Below, piece after piece: positions 16,763 through 26,478 of a stretch of 32,000 nucleotides of DNA. Location of the stretch: positions 1,239,209 through 1,271,208 of the forward strand of contig NZ_AZUN01000001.1 in the NCBI RefSeq assembly GCF_000527095.1, written 5' to 3'. The DNA is from Methylomicrobium lacus LW14. GTDB lineage: Bacteria; Pseudomonadota; Gammaproteobacteria; Methylococcales; Methylomonadaceae. The notes below the pieces were generated by a model. It worked only from the letters and a program-made list of their open reading frames with translations. It was not told where the DNA came from and ran no database searches. The position numbers and the translations under genes are program-made. The stretch's first letter is position 1; every line of letters begins with the position of its first letter.

Positions 16763-18157
16763 ATGCCTGACAGCCTTAGCTTTCCGCGCGATTACGCGCA
16801 TGATTCTTTAAAAGTTCCGCCCAATTCCATCCAGGCCGAGCAATCGGTGCTGGGCGGTCTGATGCTGGACAATCAGACCTGGGACTCGGTCGCGGACAAG
16901 GTCACCGCCGACGATTTTTACCGCAAGGACCACCGACTGATTTTCAGAACGATCGAGAATCTGGCCGACAAACAGATTCCTTTCGATGTCGTCACGATTT
17001 CGGAAGCCTTGGAATCCATCGGCGAACTCGACAATGCCGGCGGCCTGGCTTATTTGGGCATGCTCGCGAAGGACACGCCGAGCGCCGCGAACATCGTCAG
17101 CTATGCGAATATCGTCCGCGACCGCTCGGTGTTACGACAACTGATTCACATCGGCACCGACATTTCGGACTCCGCCTTTAATACCGAAGGCCGCGATACC
17201 GCCGAACTGCTAGAAAACGCCGAACGCGAAGTGTTCAGGATCGCCGAACAGCGGCAAAAGGGACAAAGCGGCTTCCAGCCGATCAAATCGCTGCTCGCCA
17301 AGGCGGTCGATCGGATCGAGGTGATGTTCGCGCAGGAAGGATCGATCACCGGCGCGAGCACCGGATTCACCGAACTCGACCGCCTGACCTCCGGCCTGCA
17401 ACCGGCCGATTTGATCATCGTCGCGGGCAGGCCTTCCATGGGAAAAACGACTATAGCGATGAACATGGCCGAGAATGTCGCGATCAAGAGCCGGATGCCG
17501 GTCGCGGTATTCAGTATGGAAATGCCGGGCGATGCCCTGGCAATGCGGATGATGTCGTCCTTGGGCCGCATCGACCAGCACAAGGTCAGGTCCGGCAAGC
17601 TCGAAGACGACGACTGGCCGCGGCTGACGTCCGCGATGAGCCTGCTGGCCGAGACCAAGCTATTCATCGACGACACCCCCGCGCTGACGCCGACCGAAGT
17701 GCGTTCGCGGGCGCGACGACTGGTGCGCGAGCACGGCCCGCTCGGGTTGGTCGTGCTCGACTACCTGCAACTGATGCAGTCGCCAAGCAGCGGCGACAAC
17801 CGCGTACAGCAGATCTCGGACATTTCGCGCGGTTTGAAAGCGCTCGCCAAGGAGCTGAATGTGCCGGTGATCGCTTTGTCGCAGTTGAACCGTAATCTCG
17901 AACAGCGGCCGAACAAGCGGCCGGTAATGTCGGACCTGCGCGAATCGGGCGCGATCGAGCAGGACGCCGACTTGATCATGTTCGTGTATCGCGACGAAGT
18001 CTATAACGAGGACAGCCCGGACAAAGGCATCGCCGAACTGATCATCGGCAAGCAGCGTAATGGCCCTTTGGGCACCGTGCGCCTGACCTTCCTCGGCCAG
18101 TTTACCCGTTTCGAGAATTACGCAGGCAGCCAGTATGACCAGGACTTTTATGAATAG
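16763..18157 (+). CDS. dnaB: Replicative DNA helicase DnaB
   Basis: 464 aa with PPNSIQAEQSVLGGLMLDN at the N-terminus, Walker A GRPSMGKT, and the RecA-like motifs LVVLDYLQLM and ALSQLNR. Confidence 0.97.
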   Translation: MPDSLSFPRDYAHDSLKVPPNSIQAEQSVLGGLMLDNQTWDSVADKVTADDFYRKDHRLIFRTIENLADKQIPFDVVTISEALESIGELDNAGGLAYLGMLAKDTPSAANIVSYANIVRDRSVLRQLIHIGTDISDSAFNTEGRDTAELLENAEREVFRIAEQRQKGQSGFQPIKSLLAKAVDRIEVMFAQEGSITGASTGFTELDRLTSGLQPADLIIVAGRPSMGKTTIAMNMAENVAIKSRMPVAVFSMEMPGDALAMRMMSSLGRIDQHKVRSGKLEDDDWPRLTSAMSLLAETKLFIDDTPALTPTEVRSRARRLVREHGPLGLVVLDYLQLMQSPSSGDNRVQQISDISRGLKALAKELNVPVIALSQLNRNLEQRPNKRPVMSDLRESGAIEQDADLIMFVYRDEVYNEDSPDKGIAELIIGKQRNGPLGTVRLTFLGQFTRFENYAGSQYDQDFYE

Positions 18158-18190
18158 CCTCACGCATCTTCCGACAGGGAGCGCCGCCCG

Positions 18191-19282
18191 ATGACGCCCG
18201 CCGCCTATGCTGTACTGAATACCGAGGCGGTCACGCATAACCTGTCCGTCGTCAGGCGCCACGCGCCCGCCGCGAAAATCATGGCGGTGATCAAGGCCAA
18301 CGGCTACGGCCACGGCTTGCTGCGCATCGCCGACGCGCTGGCCGGCGTCGATGCGTTCGCGGTAGCAAGAGGCGATGAAGGAATCAGGCTGCGGAAAGCC
18401 GGCTTCACTCAGCCGGTCACGGTGCTCGAAGGTTTCCGGAGCGGCGAGGATCTGGACGCATTTTTGCAGCAGGGCCTCGACACGATCGTACATTCTTATC
18501 AGCAGCTCGAAATCCTCGAAGCTCGCGAGGAAACCGAAAAACTCGGCGTCTGGCTCAAGATCGACACCGGCATGAACCGGCTCGGTTTTCGCCCGGCCGA
18601 TGTCGCCGGCGCCTATCAACGCCTGCGGCAATGCCGGATCATTTCAGGCCCGATCCGCTTCATGACGCATCTGGCCAATGCGGACGACAAGGCGGACCCG
18701 AAAACGCCGCAGCAGATCGCCTTGTTCAACGACACGCTCGAAAACTTCCCAGGCGAGCGCAGCATCGCGAACTCGGCCGGCGTTCTGGGCTGGCAGGAAG
18801 CCTTGGCCGACTGGGTGCGGCCCGGCGTGATGCTCTACGGCATCTCGCCGTTTCCTGAGCTGACCGGCAGGGAGCTCGGCCTCAAGCCGGTGATGGGCCT
18901 GTATTCGCAGTTGATCGCGGTGAAGCCTGTGCACCAGGGCGAGACGGTCGGCTACAGCGGCACCTGGCGCTGTCCCGAAGAGACGCTCCTTGGCGTGGTC
19001 GCGGTCGGTTACGGCGACGGTTATCCGCGCTATGCGAAAGCCGGCACGCCGGTGCTGGTGAACGGCCGCCGCGTGCCGCTGATCGGCCGGGTGTCGATGG
19101 ACATGATCACGGTCGATCTGGCCTCGCAGCCGGACGCGAAACCGGGCGACCCGGTCACCTTATGGAACGAGGCGTTGCCGGTCGAGGAAATCGCGCACTG
19201 TGCGGACACGATCCCTTATACGCTGGTGTGCGGAATTACCCAGCGCGTGCAAATCATCGAACGAGAAAGCGATGCCCAATAA
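18191..19282 (+). CDS. alr: Alanine racemase
   Basis: 363 aa with the PLP-lysine motif AVIKANGYGHG and the C-terminal VGYGDGYPR..GRVSMDM. It keeps the classical dnaB-alr adjacency. Confidence 0.95.
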   Translation: MTPAAYAVLNTEAVTHNLSVVRRHAPAAKIMAVIKANGYGHGLLRIADALAGVDAFAVARGDEGIRLRKAGFTQPVTVLEGFRSGEDLDAFLQQGLDTIVHSYQQLEILEAREETEKLGVWLKIDTGMNRLGFRPADVAGAYQRLRQCRIISGPIRFMTHLANADDKADPKTPQQIALFNDTLENFPGERSIANSAGVLGWQEALADWVRPGVMLYGISPFPELTGRELGLKPVMGLYSQLIAVKPVHQGETVGYSGTWRCPEETLLGVVAVGYGDGYPRYAKAGTPVLVNGRRVPLIGRVSMDMITVDLASQPDAKPGDPVTLWNEALPVEEIAHCADTIPYTLVCGITQRVQIIERESDAQ

Positions 19283-20405
19283 ACATCCCGAATTTCCCTT
19301 AGCCGAAGACCTGATTTATTTGAATCATGCCGCGGTCGCGCCCTGGCCTGAAAGAACGCGCCGGGCGGTGGCCGAGTTTGCCGAGCAAAATTGCACCTAC
19401 GGCGCGGCGTTTTATCCGGACTGGCTCAAAAAGGAATCGCTGCTGCGCGCACAGCTCAAGGCATTGATCAATGCGCCAAGCCCGGACGACATCGCGCTGG
19501 TCAAGAATACCTCGGAGGCGCTGTCTTTCGTCGCCTATGGCCTGGACTGGCGGACCGGCGACAACATCGTGACCAGCAACGAAGAATTTCCGTCGAACCG
19601 CCTGCCCTGGGAATCGCTCGCCGCACAGGGCGTCGAACTGCGCCAGGCCGATCTCCATGCCGCCGCAACGCCGGAAGACGCGTTGTTTGCGCTGGTCGAC
19701 CGTAATACGCGTCTGCTGACGATCAGTTCGATACAGTTCGCGACCGGCCTCAGGCTCGACATCGAACGGATCGGCGCCTTCTGCAAGCAGCGCCGCATCC
19801 TGTTCTGTGTCGATGCGATTCAAAGCATCGGCGCGGTGCGTTTCGACGTGCAGGCCTGCCAGGCCGATTTCGTGATGGCCGACGGCCATAAATGGATGTT
19901 CGGCCCGGAAGGGCTCGGCGTTTTCTATACGACGCCGGAAGCCCGGGACAGGCTCAAGCTGACCCAGTTCGGCTGGCATATGATGAAGGACACGCACAAC
20001 TACGAGAACAAACCCTGGGAAATGCATCCGGGCGCCCGCCGCTTCGAATGCGGCAGCCCGAACATGCTCGGGATTCATGCCTTATCGGCCAGCCTGTCGC
20101 TGCTGCTCGACACCGGCATGGAGACGGTCGAAGCCGCGCTGTTCGAAAGGATCGATTACCTCCGGCAGCGCATCGAACAGCATGCCGAACTGGAACTGCT
20201 TTCTCCTACCCCGTCGCAGTTGAAGTCCGGCATCGTAGTGTTCCGGCATAAAAAGATTCCGAACCCGGCGCTTTATCCGTATCTGATGCAGCAAAAGGTG
20301 ATCTGCGCGCTACGCGGCGCCGGCATCCGTTTTTCGCCGCATTTTTATAACGGCCTGGAGCAGATCGACCGGGCGTTCGCGATCATCGATCATTATCCGG
20401 CCTGA
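19272..20405 (+). CDS. Class V aminotransferase-fold PLP-dependent enzyme (cysteine desulfurase/epimerase-like)
   Basis: ATG 19272 (MPNKHPEFPLAEDLIYLNHAAVAPWP) is the likely start. There is a PLP lysine in ADGHKWMFGPEG. The ORF-track start at 19200 lies inside alr and is unlikely. Confidence 0.85.
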   Translation: MPNKHPEFPLAEDLIYLNHAAVAPWPERTRRAVAEFAEQNCTYGAAFYPDWLKKESLLRAQLKALINAPSPDDIALVKNTSEALSFVAYGLDWRTGDNIVTSNEEFPSNRLPWESLAAQGVELRQADLHAAATPEDALFALVDRNTRLLTISSIQFATGLRLDIERIGAFCKQRRILFCVDAIQSIGAVRFDVQACQADFVMADGHKWMFGPEGLGVFYTTPEARDRLKLTQFGWHMMKDTHNYENKPWEMHPGARRFECGSPNMLGIHALSASLSLLLDTGMETVEAALFERIDYLRQRIEQHAELELLSPTPSQLKSGIVVFRHKKIPNPALYPYLMQQKVICALRGAGIRFSPHFYNGLEQIDRAFAIIDHYPA

Positions 20406-21907
20406 GCCGCCTTTTCCGCGCCCTGCAAACCATGCATCCGGTTCGGCGTTCGTTGCAGTGAAGCCTTATATTCTTTCAAAGCCTGCTTCGGCTTCCGCAT
20501 ATCCAGCAGCAAATCGCCCAACAGTTCGCGGGCCGGGATGATCGCTCCAGGCGTGACATTGTCCTTTTCGGTGGCATCCTCCAAATCCGCCGAGGCGCGC
20601 ATCAGCCGTTCCGCTTCTTGATCCTGCTTGTCTGCGTGCGCCATCCAGGCCGCGACCGCCAGACGCTGAATCTCGATCTGATCGGCCGTATAGGCGTTGT
20701 GTGCGGCTTTGGCCGCATTCCGCAGCGCCTCCAACCGCTGTAGGCTGGTCCGCGCCGTTGCCGGATCGCCGCTCCGGGCCGCGCCCAGGCCTTTCGCAAA
20801 ATGCGTGATCGCCTCGCACCAGCCGAATTTTTCCCATGGAAAGGCCAGAGGACGAATGCCCAATTGGGCCGCTTCGGACCATGCCTGGCGTTCGATCGCA
20901 TAGCGCGCCGGAATCGCGGCCAGCGCATAAGCGGAAGTCGTATTCTCGGGATGTGGTTTTTGGATCGCCGCCGCTTCCCGCCAAATCGCCTCCGCCTTGT
21001 CACGCTGGCCCGATTGCAGATAGACATAGAGCAGATAATCCATGTAATGCAGTTGCTGATCCCAGACTTTGCCTGGAAAATTGTCCCGCGCATAGTCCGT
21101 CGCGGCACGGTACGCGGCCAGATTCGAATCGGCCGCATCCTGCCAAAGCCCCAGACGGATGAAGATATGCGAAGGCATGTGCAGCGCATGCGGAACCGCC
21201 GGCGCAATGCGCGCATAGGAGCGCGCGGCAGCCAGCCCCAAGGAGGCGAGTTCCGGATTGTCGCTCGCGTGGATGATATAATGTGCGACGCCGGGATGAT
21301 TCCGCACCGCATCCAGCACTTTCTGCAACAGCGCCAGCGCTTGTTTCTGCTTCGCATAGGTCTTATCCTGCGGCGAGGCGGTCGAAATCAAGGCGAGCGC
21401 ATAAAACACGTTCGCTTCGAGGTCGTCCGGAAACCGGGCCTGCACCTTCGCCATCGCCTGTTCGTAAGCGAGCTTTCTTTTGCCATAGTTGGCCTCTTCG
21501 CCCCGATATAAGACACCCACCGCAGCCAGATAAAGCTGTTCGCGTTCGGTCTTGACGGCCAGCGCTTTCGCTTTTTGCAAGGCCGCCCGCCCTTCCCGCA
21601 GTTCGTCTTCGGTCGGCGGCGTGGCCCATAACTGCCGGTACAGGCTCATCGCGACACCCCAGTAAGCCATCGCGCACTCGGGATCGGACTCGGCAATCCG
21701 ACGAAAGGTCTTGTTGGCCTCGTCATACCAGAACGAATGCAGCATCGCGACCGCTTGGTTGAACTCGCCGCGCGTCTCAAGAGCGCAGGATACCGGAAAG
21801 TCGGTAGAGCCGAGTTTTTCCTGTCCGACGGAGTCAAGATGATGAGCGCCCACGGCCGCTACGGGAGTCGAGGCCAGTAATACCAGCAAAAATAACAAGG
21901 TTTTCAT
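20393..21907 (-). CDS. Secreted helical-repeat (TPR-like) protein of unknown function
   Basis: ATG 21907 follows a GGAGGG Shine-Dalgarno. The signal peptide is MKTLLFLLVLLASTPVAAVGA. The rest is Ala/Leu-rich helical-repeat sequence with an HALHMPSHIF segment. I recognise no specific family. Confidence 0.7.
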   Translation of the reverse strand: MKTLLFLLVLLASTPVAAVGAHHLDSVGQEKLGSTDFPVSCALETRGEFNQAVAMLHSFWYDEANKTFRRIAESDPECAMAYWGVAMSLYRQLWATPPTEDELREGRAALQKAKALAVKTEREQLYLAAVGVLYRGEEANYGKRKLAYEQAMAKVQARFPDDLEANVFYALALISTASPQDKTYAKQKQALALLQKVLDAVRNHPGVAHYIIHASDNPELASLGLAAARSYARIAPAVPHALHMPSHIFIRLGLWQDAADSNLAAYRAATDYARDNFPGKVWDQQLHYMDYLLYVYLQSGQRDKAEAIWREAAAIQKPHPENTTSAYALAAIPARYAIERQAWSEAAQLGIRPLAFPWEKFGWCEAITHFAKGLGAARSGDPATARTSLQRLEALRNAAKAAHNAYTADQIEIQRLAVAAWMAHADKQDQEAERLMRASADLEDATEKDNVTPGAIIPARELLGDLLLDMRKPKQALKEYKASLQRTPNRMHGLQGAEKAAQAG

Positions 21908-21972
21908 GATTGCCCTCCGAATTTTTTTAAAAGGAAATTTGTCTACCTTAATATCGTATTGCAACATATACC

Positions 21973-22001
21973 TTGACAATACAATAGAGGAAGCTCATAC
22001 T
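21973..22001 (+). promoter_or_regulatory. Sigma70-type promoter of the first csp gene
   Basis: TTGACA (21973..21978), a 17-bp spacer, then CATACT (21996..22001). The same architecture precedes the second csp gene. Confidence 0.6.
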
Positions 22002-22002
22002 A

Positions 22003-22153
22003 CCGCCAGCTTGAAAAGAAGATTTACCCTCTGTTTACCATTTCGATGTCTCTCCTGTAGCTGCTCGTCCTGTTTTTCATTAAGTAATTTACAACTTTAC
22101 CAGCTTGACTCGCCTTTCTAAGGCTTTATACTCATTATCTACTAGGACTTATC
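22003..22153 (+). promoter_or_regulatory. Long conserved 5' leader of the csp mRNA (candidate cold-responsive RNA element)
   Basis: A leader of about 150 nt is shared with 28255..28410, including a 41-nt identical block CCAGCTTGAAAAGAAGATTTACCCTCTGTTTACCATTTCGA and a conserved GCCTT-NNN-AAGGC hairpin. Confidence 0.55.
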
Positions 22154-22363
22154 ATGTCTACAATAACTACCGGCACCGTTAAATGGTTTAACTCTGAAAA
22201 AGGCTTCGGCTTTATCGAACAGAAATCAGGCCCTGATGTTTTCGTTCACTTCAGAAACATCGAATCAAGCGGCTACAAATCGCTTGACGAAGGCCAAAGT
22301 GTGCAATTTACCGTTTCGCAAGGCCCCAAAGGCCCCCAAGCTGAAAACGTAAGAGCCATCTAA
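22154..22363 (+). CDS. Cold-shock protein, CspA family
   Basis: 69 aa, beginning [23 protein letters not shown] and continuing to GPDVFVHF. The RNP1 motif is KGFGFI and the RNP2 motif is VFVHF. Confidence 0.97.
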   Translation: MSTITTGTVKWFNSEKGFGFIEQKSGPDVFVHFRNIESSGYKSLDEGQSVQFTVSQGPKGPQAENVRAI

Positions 22364-22373
22364 GTTTTCTTTG

Positions 22374-22405
22374 CAAGCTGCGGCCGCGTTTGCGGCCCAG
22401 CTTGT
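22374..22405 (+). terminator. Hairpin after the first csp gene
   Basis: CAAGCTGCGGCCGC pairs with GCGGCCCAGCTTG with one bulge. The T-tract (TATTTC) is weak. Confidence 0.45.
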
Positions 22406-22643
22406 ATTTCTAAAACCTAAGTCAACTGATCTTGATTGTTACCAGGCACACCCTCAACCACTCCCCAAGGTGTTAGCGGCAAAATCCCGATGGTTAGCGA
22501 TTAAAGAACTTCACGCATATCTCTTGACCCTCCCGGCAACCCCATCCTTATCTTCCTTCGACAGGAAGAAATTCGCTGCATCAACGAGATTCCTGGTAGT
22601 GCGCCTTATAATAAAAGCCTTGCCGCATCAATCAAGAACTCGA

Positions 22644-23906
22644 ATGAAAGCCCTCCAATCTCTGTATGACGTGCCGAAGAGTAACATCCTGGCCTTACTG
22701 CTGATATTACTGATAGGTAATGCAGGCCTCGCTGCCGCCGAGTCCCCATCGAAGGCATCTGTAACCCAGGCTTCTTCCGATACGATTCAGGCGGCCATCG
22801 ATATCGAAGCCTTCGTGCGCACAGGCTGCCCGCATTGCGAGAAGGCCGAAGCCTTCCTGTCCGTCTTGTCTGCCGAGCGCCCGGAGGTGCGGTTATCGAT
22901 ACGCGATGTCGGCCAGGACGCCCTCGCACTTGAACGCTTGCGGCAACTATCAAACGCTGAGGGTCTCAAGCAATTAAGCGTGCCGGCCTTTTATATCAAT
23001 GGACAGTTGATCGTCGGCTTTGCGGAAGAGGCTGACACAGGACGGCGGATCAGGGCTGCGCTGGCTCAGGCTCAGCAGACCCCAAAAGCCTCCCCATCCG
23101 CCCCGGATAGCTGTAGCGCCGATCAAAGCCTAAGTTGCGAAGGAGAGACCACCGCTCCTTCGGAGCCGGAAAGTTTCGAAGTCTCGCTGTTCGGCCATAC
23201 CCTGTCGCTCGAACAGATCGGCCTGCCGCTGTTTACGCTGGCGATGGGCCTGCTCGACGGATTGAACCCCTGTTCGATGTGGGTATTGATCCTGATGATC
23301 TCGCTGTTGGCGCCGATGCAAAACCGCTGGCGCATGCTCGCGGTTGCAGGGACCTTTATCGCGGTGGAAGGAGTCGCCTATCTGGCCTTCATGGCGGCCT
23401 GGCTGAACCTGTTTCTGCTCGTCGGGCTATCACGCAGCTCGGAAACCCTCATCGCGGCCATGGCGATAGCCGCCGGCACAATTCATATCAAGGACTTCCT
23501 GGCCTACGGACGCGGGATTTCTCTGTCGATACCGCAAAGATCAAAACCCGGCATCTATACGCAAATCCGCCATATCCTGCAAGCCGAAAATCTGCTCGGC
23601 GCGATGCTCGGCGCCGTGGTTCTGGCCGTCCTGGTGCAGATCGTCGAGTTTCTCTGCACCTCGGGTTTTCCGGCGCTTTATACCCGCATCCTGACCTTGC
23701 AGCACCTGGACGGTTTGAGTTACTACGGCTACCTGCTGCTGTACAACGCGGCCTATATGTTTGACGATGCGGTCGTGCTCGGCATCGGCATATTCACGCT
23801 CAGCCAACGGCGGCTTCAGGAAAACGAAGGCCGCTGGCTCAAGCTGGTCAGCGGCATCGTCATGGTCGGTCTGGGCCTCTATTTATTGGCGATACGTCCG
23901 GGTTGA
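22644..23906 (+). CDS. Glutaredoxin/thioredoxin-fold domain fused to a CcdA/DsbD-like polytopic membrane domain
   Basis: The likely start is ATG 22644 (MKALQSLYDV, signal/anchor ILALLLILLIGNAGLAAA). The redox domain is FVRTGCPHCEKAEAFL...VPAFYINGQLIVGF (CPHC). A Pro/Ser linker follows, then about 6 TM segments with cysteines in DGLNPCSMW and EFLCTSGFP. The ORF-track start at 22371 reads through the csp terminator and is rejected. Confidence 0.7.
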   Translation: MKALQSLYDVPKSNILALLLILLIGNAGLAAAESPSKASVTQASSDTIQAAIDIEAFVRTGCPHCEKAEAFLSVLSAERPEVRLSIRDVGQDALALERLRQLSNAEGLKQLSVPAFYINGQLIVGFAEEADTGRRIRAALAQAQQTPKASPSAPDSCSADQSLSCEGETTAPSEPESFEVSLFGHTLSLEQIGLPLFTLAMGLLDGLNPCSMWVLILMISLLAPMQNRWRMLAVAGTFIAVEGVAYLAFMAAWLNLFLLVGLSRSSETLIAAMAIAAGTIHIKDFLAYGRGISLSIPQRSKPGIYTQIRHILQAENLLGAMLGAVVLAVLVQIVEFLCTSGFPALYTRILTLQHLDGLSYYGYLLLYNAAYMFDDAVVLGIGIFTLSQRRLQENEGRWLKLVSGIVMVGLGLYLLAIRPG

Positions 23907-24023
23907 CCCATCATCAGCGCCCCCGAAAAAGCCTATCTTTCTCCAATAGCATTTCAGCCTTTACCCTCCGCGCATACAAGGCATCCTGATCGGGCCTGCC
24001 CTCAACCTTGCCTCAGCAGGCAC

Positions 24024-24055
24024 AGAACCGCCCTGCGGTTCTCATCTTATTATTT
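24024..24055 (+). terminator. Candidate rho-independent terminator
   Basis: AGAACCGC, CCT loop, GCGGTTCT (8-bp stem), followed by the T-rich CATCTTATTATTT. Confidence 0.45.
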
Positions 24056-24179
24056 GATATACATACCCAATAATATCGTTTCAATTTATAGGTCATCCCG
24101 ATTAACCTTAGCTCAAGGTTATGAGCTGACCCCCGCCAGAAACAACTTAAAAATATTCATTCAATCATTAGGAAACAAG

Positions 24180-25166
24180 ATGCCGCATTGGTTTGAAGAT
24201 AACGCCAAGTCTATTGGCCACACGCCTCTGGTAAAGCTGAATCGAATTAGCGTTTACGCTAACGCGACCATTCTCGCCAAAATCGAAGGGCGCAATCCCG
24301 CCTATTCCGTTAAATGCCGCATCGGCGCCGCGATGGTTGAGGATGCCGAAAAACGCGGGCTTTTGGGGCCCGGCAAGGAGCTGATTGAACCGACCAGCGG
24401 CAACACCGGCATTGCCTTGGCTTTTGTTGCGGCCGCCAAAGGCATCCCGCTGACGCTAACGATGCCGGAAAGCATGAGCCTGGAGCGCAGAAAACTATTG
24501 ATCGCCTACGGCGCGAAACTGGTGCTGACCGAGGCGGCGCGCGGCATGAGCGGCGCGATCGCCAAGGCCGAAGAAATCGCCGCTTCCGACCCTAATCGCT
24601 ACGTCTTGCTGCAACAGTTTAAAAACCCCGCGAATCCTGCGATTCATGAACAAACCACGGGGCCTGAAATTTGGCACGACACAGACGGTAAAATCGACAT
24701 CTTTGTTGCCGGCGTCGGAACCGGCGGCACCATCACCGGCGTTTCACGCTATATCAAACAGACCCAGGGCAAGCCGATACTTTCTGTCGCGGTCGAACCC
24801 GCCGCCAGCCCGGTACTCACGCAACGGCTTGCCGGCGAGGAGCTGAAGCCGGGACCACACAAAATACAGGGCATTGGGGCGGGATTCGTGCCCGACGTGC
24901 TGGATTTATCGCTGATTGACGAAATCGGACAAGTGACCAATGAAGAGGCGATTGACTATGCGCGGCGATTGGCAAGAGAAGAAGGCATCCTCTCCGGAAT
25001 ATCAAGTGGTGCTGCAGTGGCGGTGGCGGTTCGTCAAGCCAAGCAGCCCCAAAATCAAGGTAAAACGATTGTGGTGGTGTTGCCGGATTCGGGTGAACGC
25101 TATTTGAGTTCGGTCTTGTTTGAAGGACTGTTCGATCAAAACGGACTGCCGACACCGCAGCAGTAA
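24180..25166 (+). CDS. cysK: Cysteine synthase A (O-acetylserine sulfhydrylase)
   Basis: ATG 24180 follows [29 protein letters not shown]...[11 protein letters not shown] (PLP lysine)...[10 protein letters not shown]...[10 protein letters not shown]...KIQGIGAGF is collinear with E. coli CysK as I recall it. Confidence 0.96.
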   Translation: MPHWFEDNAKSIGHTPLVKLNRISVYANATILAKIEGRNPAYSVKCRIGAAMVEDAEKRGLLGPGKELIEPTSGNTGIALAFVAAAKGIPLTLTMPESMSLERRKLLIAYGAKLVLTEAARGMSGAIAKAEEIAASDPNRYVLLQQFKNPANPAIHEQTTGPEIWHDTDGKIDIFVAGVGTGGTITGVSRYIKQTQGKPILSVAVEPAASPVLTQRLAGEELKPGPHKIQGIGAGFVPDVLDLSLIDEIGQVTNEEAIDYARRLAREEGILSGISSGAAVAVAVRQAKQPQNQGKTIVVVLPDSGERYLSSVLFEGLFDQNGLPTPQQ

Positions 25167-25224
25167 CGCGCTTAGCCGAATCGCGCCGGGACCCTCATTA
25201 AACATACATAGTAAAAAAAACCAG

Positions 25225-26406
25225 ATGACACAGAATTTCCCTCTCTTCAAGATCAAAACTTATAACACGCTATCCCGCACCGGCCTGGAAAAATTTCCAT
25301 CCGGACGCTTTGAAATCGGGCCGGGAGTCGATCGCCCCGATGCGATCCTGCTACGCTCTCACGATTTGCATGATGTCGTCATTCCCGAAACGGTCAAAGC
25401 AGTGGGCCGAGCCGGCACCGGCGTTAACAATATTCCTGTTTCCGAATACTCCAAGCGCGGCATTCCCGTATTCAATGCGCCGGGCGCCAATGCGAATGCG
25501 GTGACTGAATTGGTCATCGCGGGCCTGTTGTTGGCGGCGCGCAATATTCCCGATGCCTGGCATTTCACCAAAAATCTCGAAGGCGACGGGGACGAACTTG
25601 AATCGCTGGTCGAACAAGGCAAGAAACGCTTCTCCGGCTTTGAGCTGGCCGGCAAGACCTTGGGAGTCGTGGGACTGGGCGCCATCGGCGTCAAAGTCAG
25701 CAATGCCGCGGCAGCGCTCGGCTTGAAAGTCATCGGCTTCGATCCGCAATTAACGGTCGAAAGCGCCTGGCAGTTATCGTCGGATGCGATTGCCGCCGGC
25801 AGCCTGGACGAACTGTTGGCGCGCGCCGATTTCGTAACCCTGCACGTGCCGCTGAACGATCATACCCGTCATTTGATCAACGCGGCGCGCCTCGCCAAGA
25901 TAAAGCCGAAAGCGACTTTATTGAATTTCTCCCGTGCCGCCATCGTCGATGAAAGCGCCGTTTTGGCCGCGCTGGAATCCGGCACGCTTCATGCTTATGT
26001 TTCGGATTTTCCTTCGCGGGCCTTGTTGAATCACCCGCGCACGATCGTTTTACCGCATCTCGGCGCTTCCACCGCCGAAGCCGAGGACAACTGCGCGGCG
26101 ATGGTTTCGGAACAGGTGCGCGATTTCCTGGAGAACGGCAACATTCGCCGTTCGGTGAATTTTCCTGACGTTCACCTGCCCCGCACCGAAGGCTTGCGGC
26201 TGGCGATCGCCAACGAAAACGTACCCGGTATGGTCAGCCAGATTACCGGCATTCTGGCCGAGCACAAGATCAATATCGTTGACTTCTTGAACAAGTCCCG
26301 CGGCGATTACGCCTATTCGCTGATCGATATCAACGATCACATTCCGCCTCCCCTGCTTGCCCGAATCGGTTCGATCCAAGGGGTGCTTGCGGTGCGGGTC
26401 GTTTGA
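25225..26406 (+). CDS. serA: D-3-phosphoglycerate dehydrogenase with C-terminal ACT domain
   Basis: ATG 25225 (MTQNFPLFKIK). It has the NAD-binding GVVGLGAIG, the 2-hydroxyacid dehydrogenase motifs (HVPLN, LLNFSRAAIVD, PHLGAST) and an ACT-like C-terminus LAIANENVPGMVSQITGILAEHKINI. Confidence 0.9.
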   Translation: MTQNFPLFKIKTYNTLSRTGLEKFPSGRFEIGPGVDRPDAILLRSHDLHDVVIPETVKAVGRAGTGVNNIPVSEYSKRGIPVFNAPGANANAVTELVIAGLLLAARNIPDAWHFTKNLEGDGDELESLVEQGKKRFSGFELAGKTLGVVGLGAIGVKVSNAAAALGLKVIGFDPQLTVESAWQLSSDAIAAGSLDELLARADFVTLHVPLNDHTRHLINAARLAKIKPKATLLNFSRAAIVDESAVLAALESGTLHAYVSDFPSRALLNHPRTIVLPHLGASTAEAEDNCAAMVSEQVRDFLENGNIRRSVNFPDVHLPRTEGLRLAIANENVPGMVSQITGILAEHKINIVDFLNKSRGDYAYSLIDINDHIPPPLLARIGSIQGVLAVRVV

Positions 26407-26478
26407 CATGACAAGCAGCCCGTCCTCCTGGCGCGACGCTAGAGGCAACTGACTCCATTCACTCAATAAGGACATATC

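Noticed and set aside
17660-18631. 323-aa minus-strand ORF across the dnaB-alr junction
   Set aside because: It is antisense to two strongly supported housekeeping genes and shows compositional-artefact character.
19299-20078. 259-aa minus-strand ORF inside the aminotransferase gene, and the similar antisense or alternate-frame ORFs 20466..21511 inside the TPR-like gene
   Set aside because: These are alternate or antisense frames of supported CDSs and are Arg/Pro/Gly-rich.
22009-22121. Possible leader peptide (TTG-start uORF MKRRFTLCLPFR...) conserved in both csp leaders (also 28263..28448)
   Set aside because: In this frame the two copies differ by about 8 non-synonymous and 4 synonymous changes (C to R, L to F, C to F, S to Y and others), and the ends differ. 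The pattern fits conservation of RNA, not of a peptide.
24054-24179. N-terminal ORF-track extensions of cysK (24054), serA (25120), the aminotransferase (19200), the TPR-like protein (21979), the Grx-membrane protein (22371), the propeller (30385), tnpC (5622) and the regulator (29903)
   Set aside because: In each case an internal ATG with a Shine-Dalgarno-like sequence gives an N-terminus that matches family expectations or a signal peptide. The extensions run through upstream genes, terminators or leaders.
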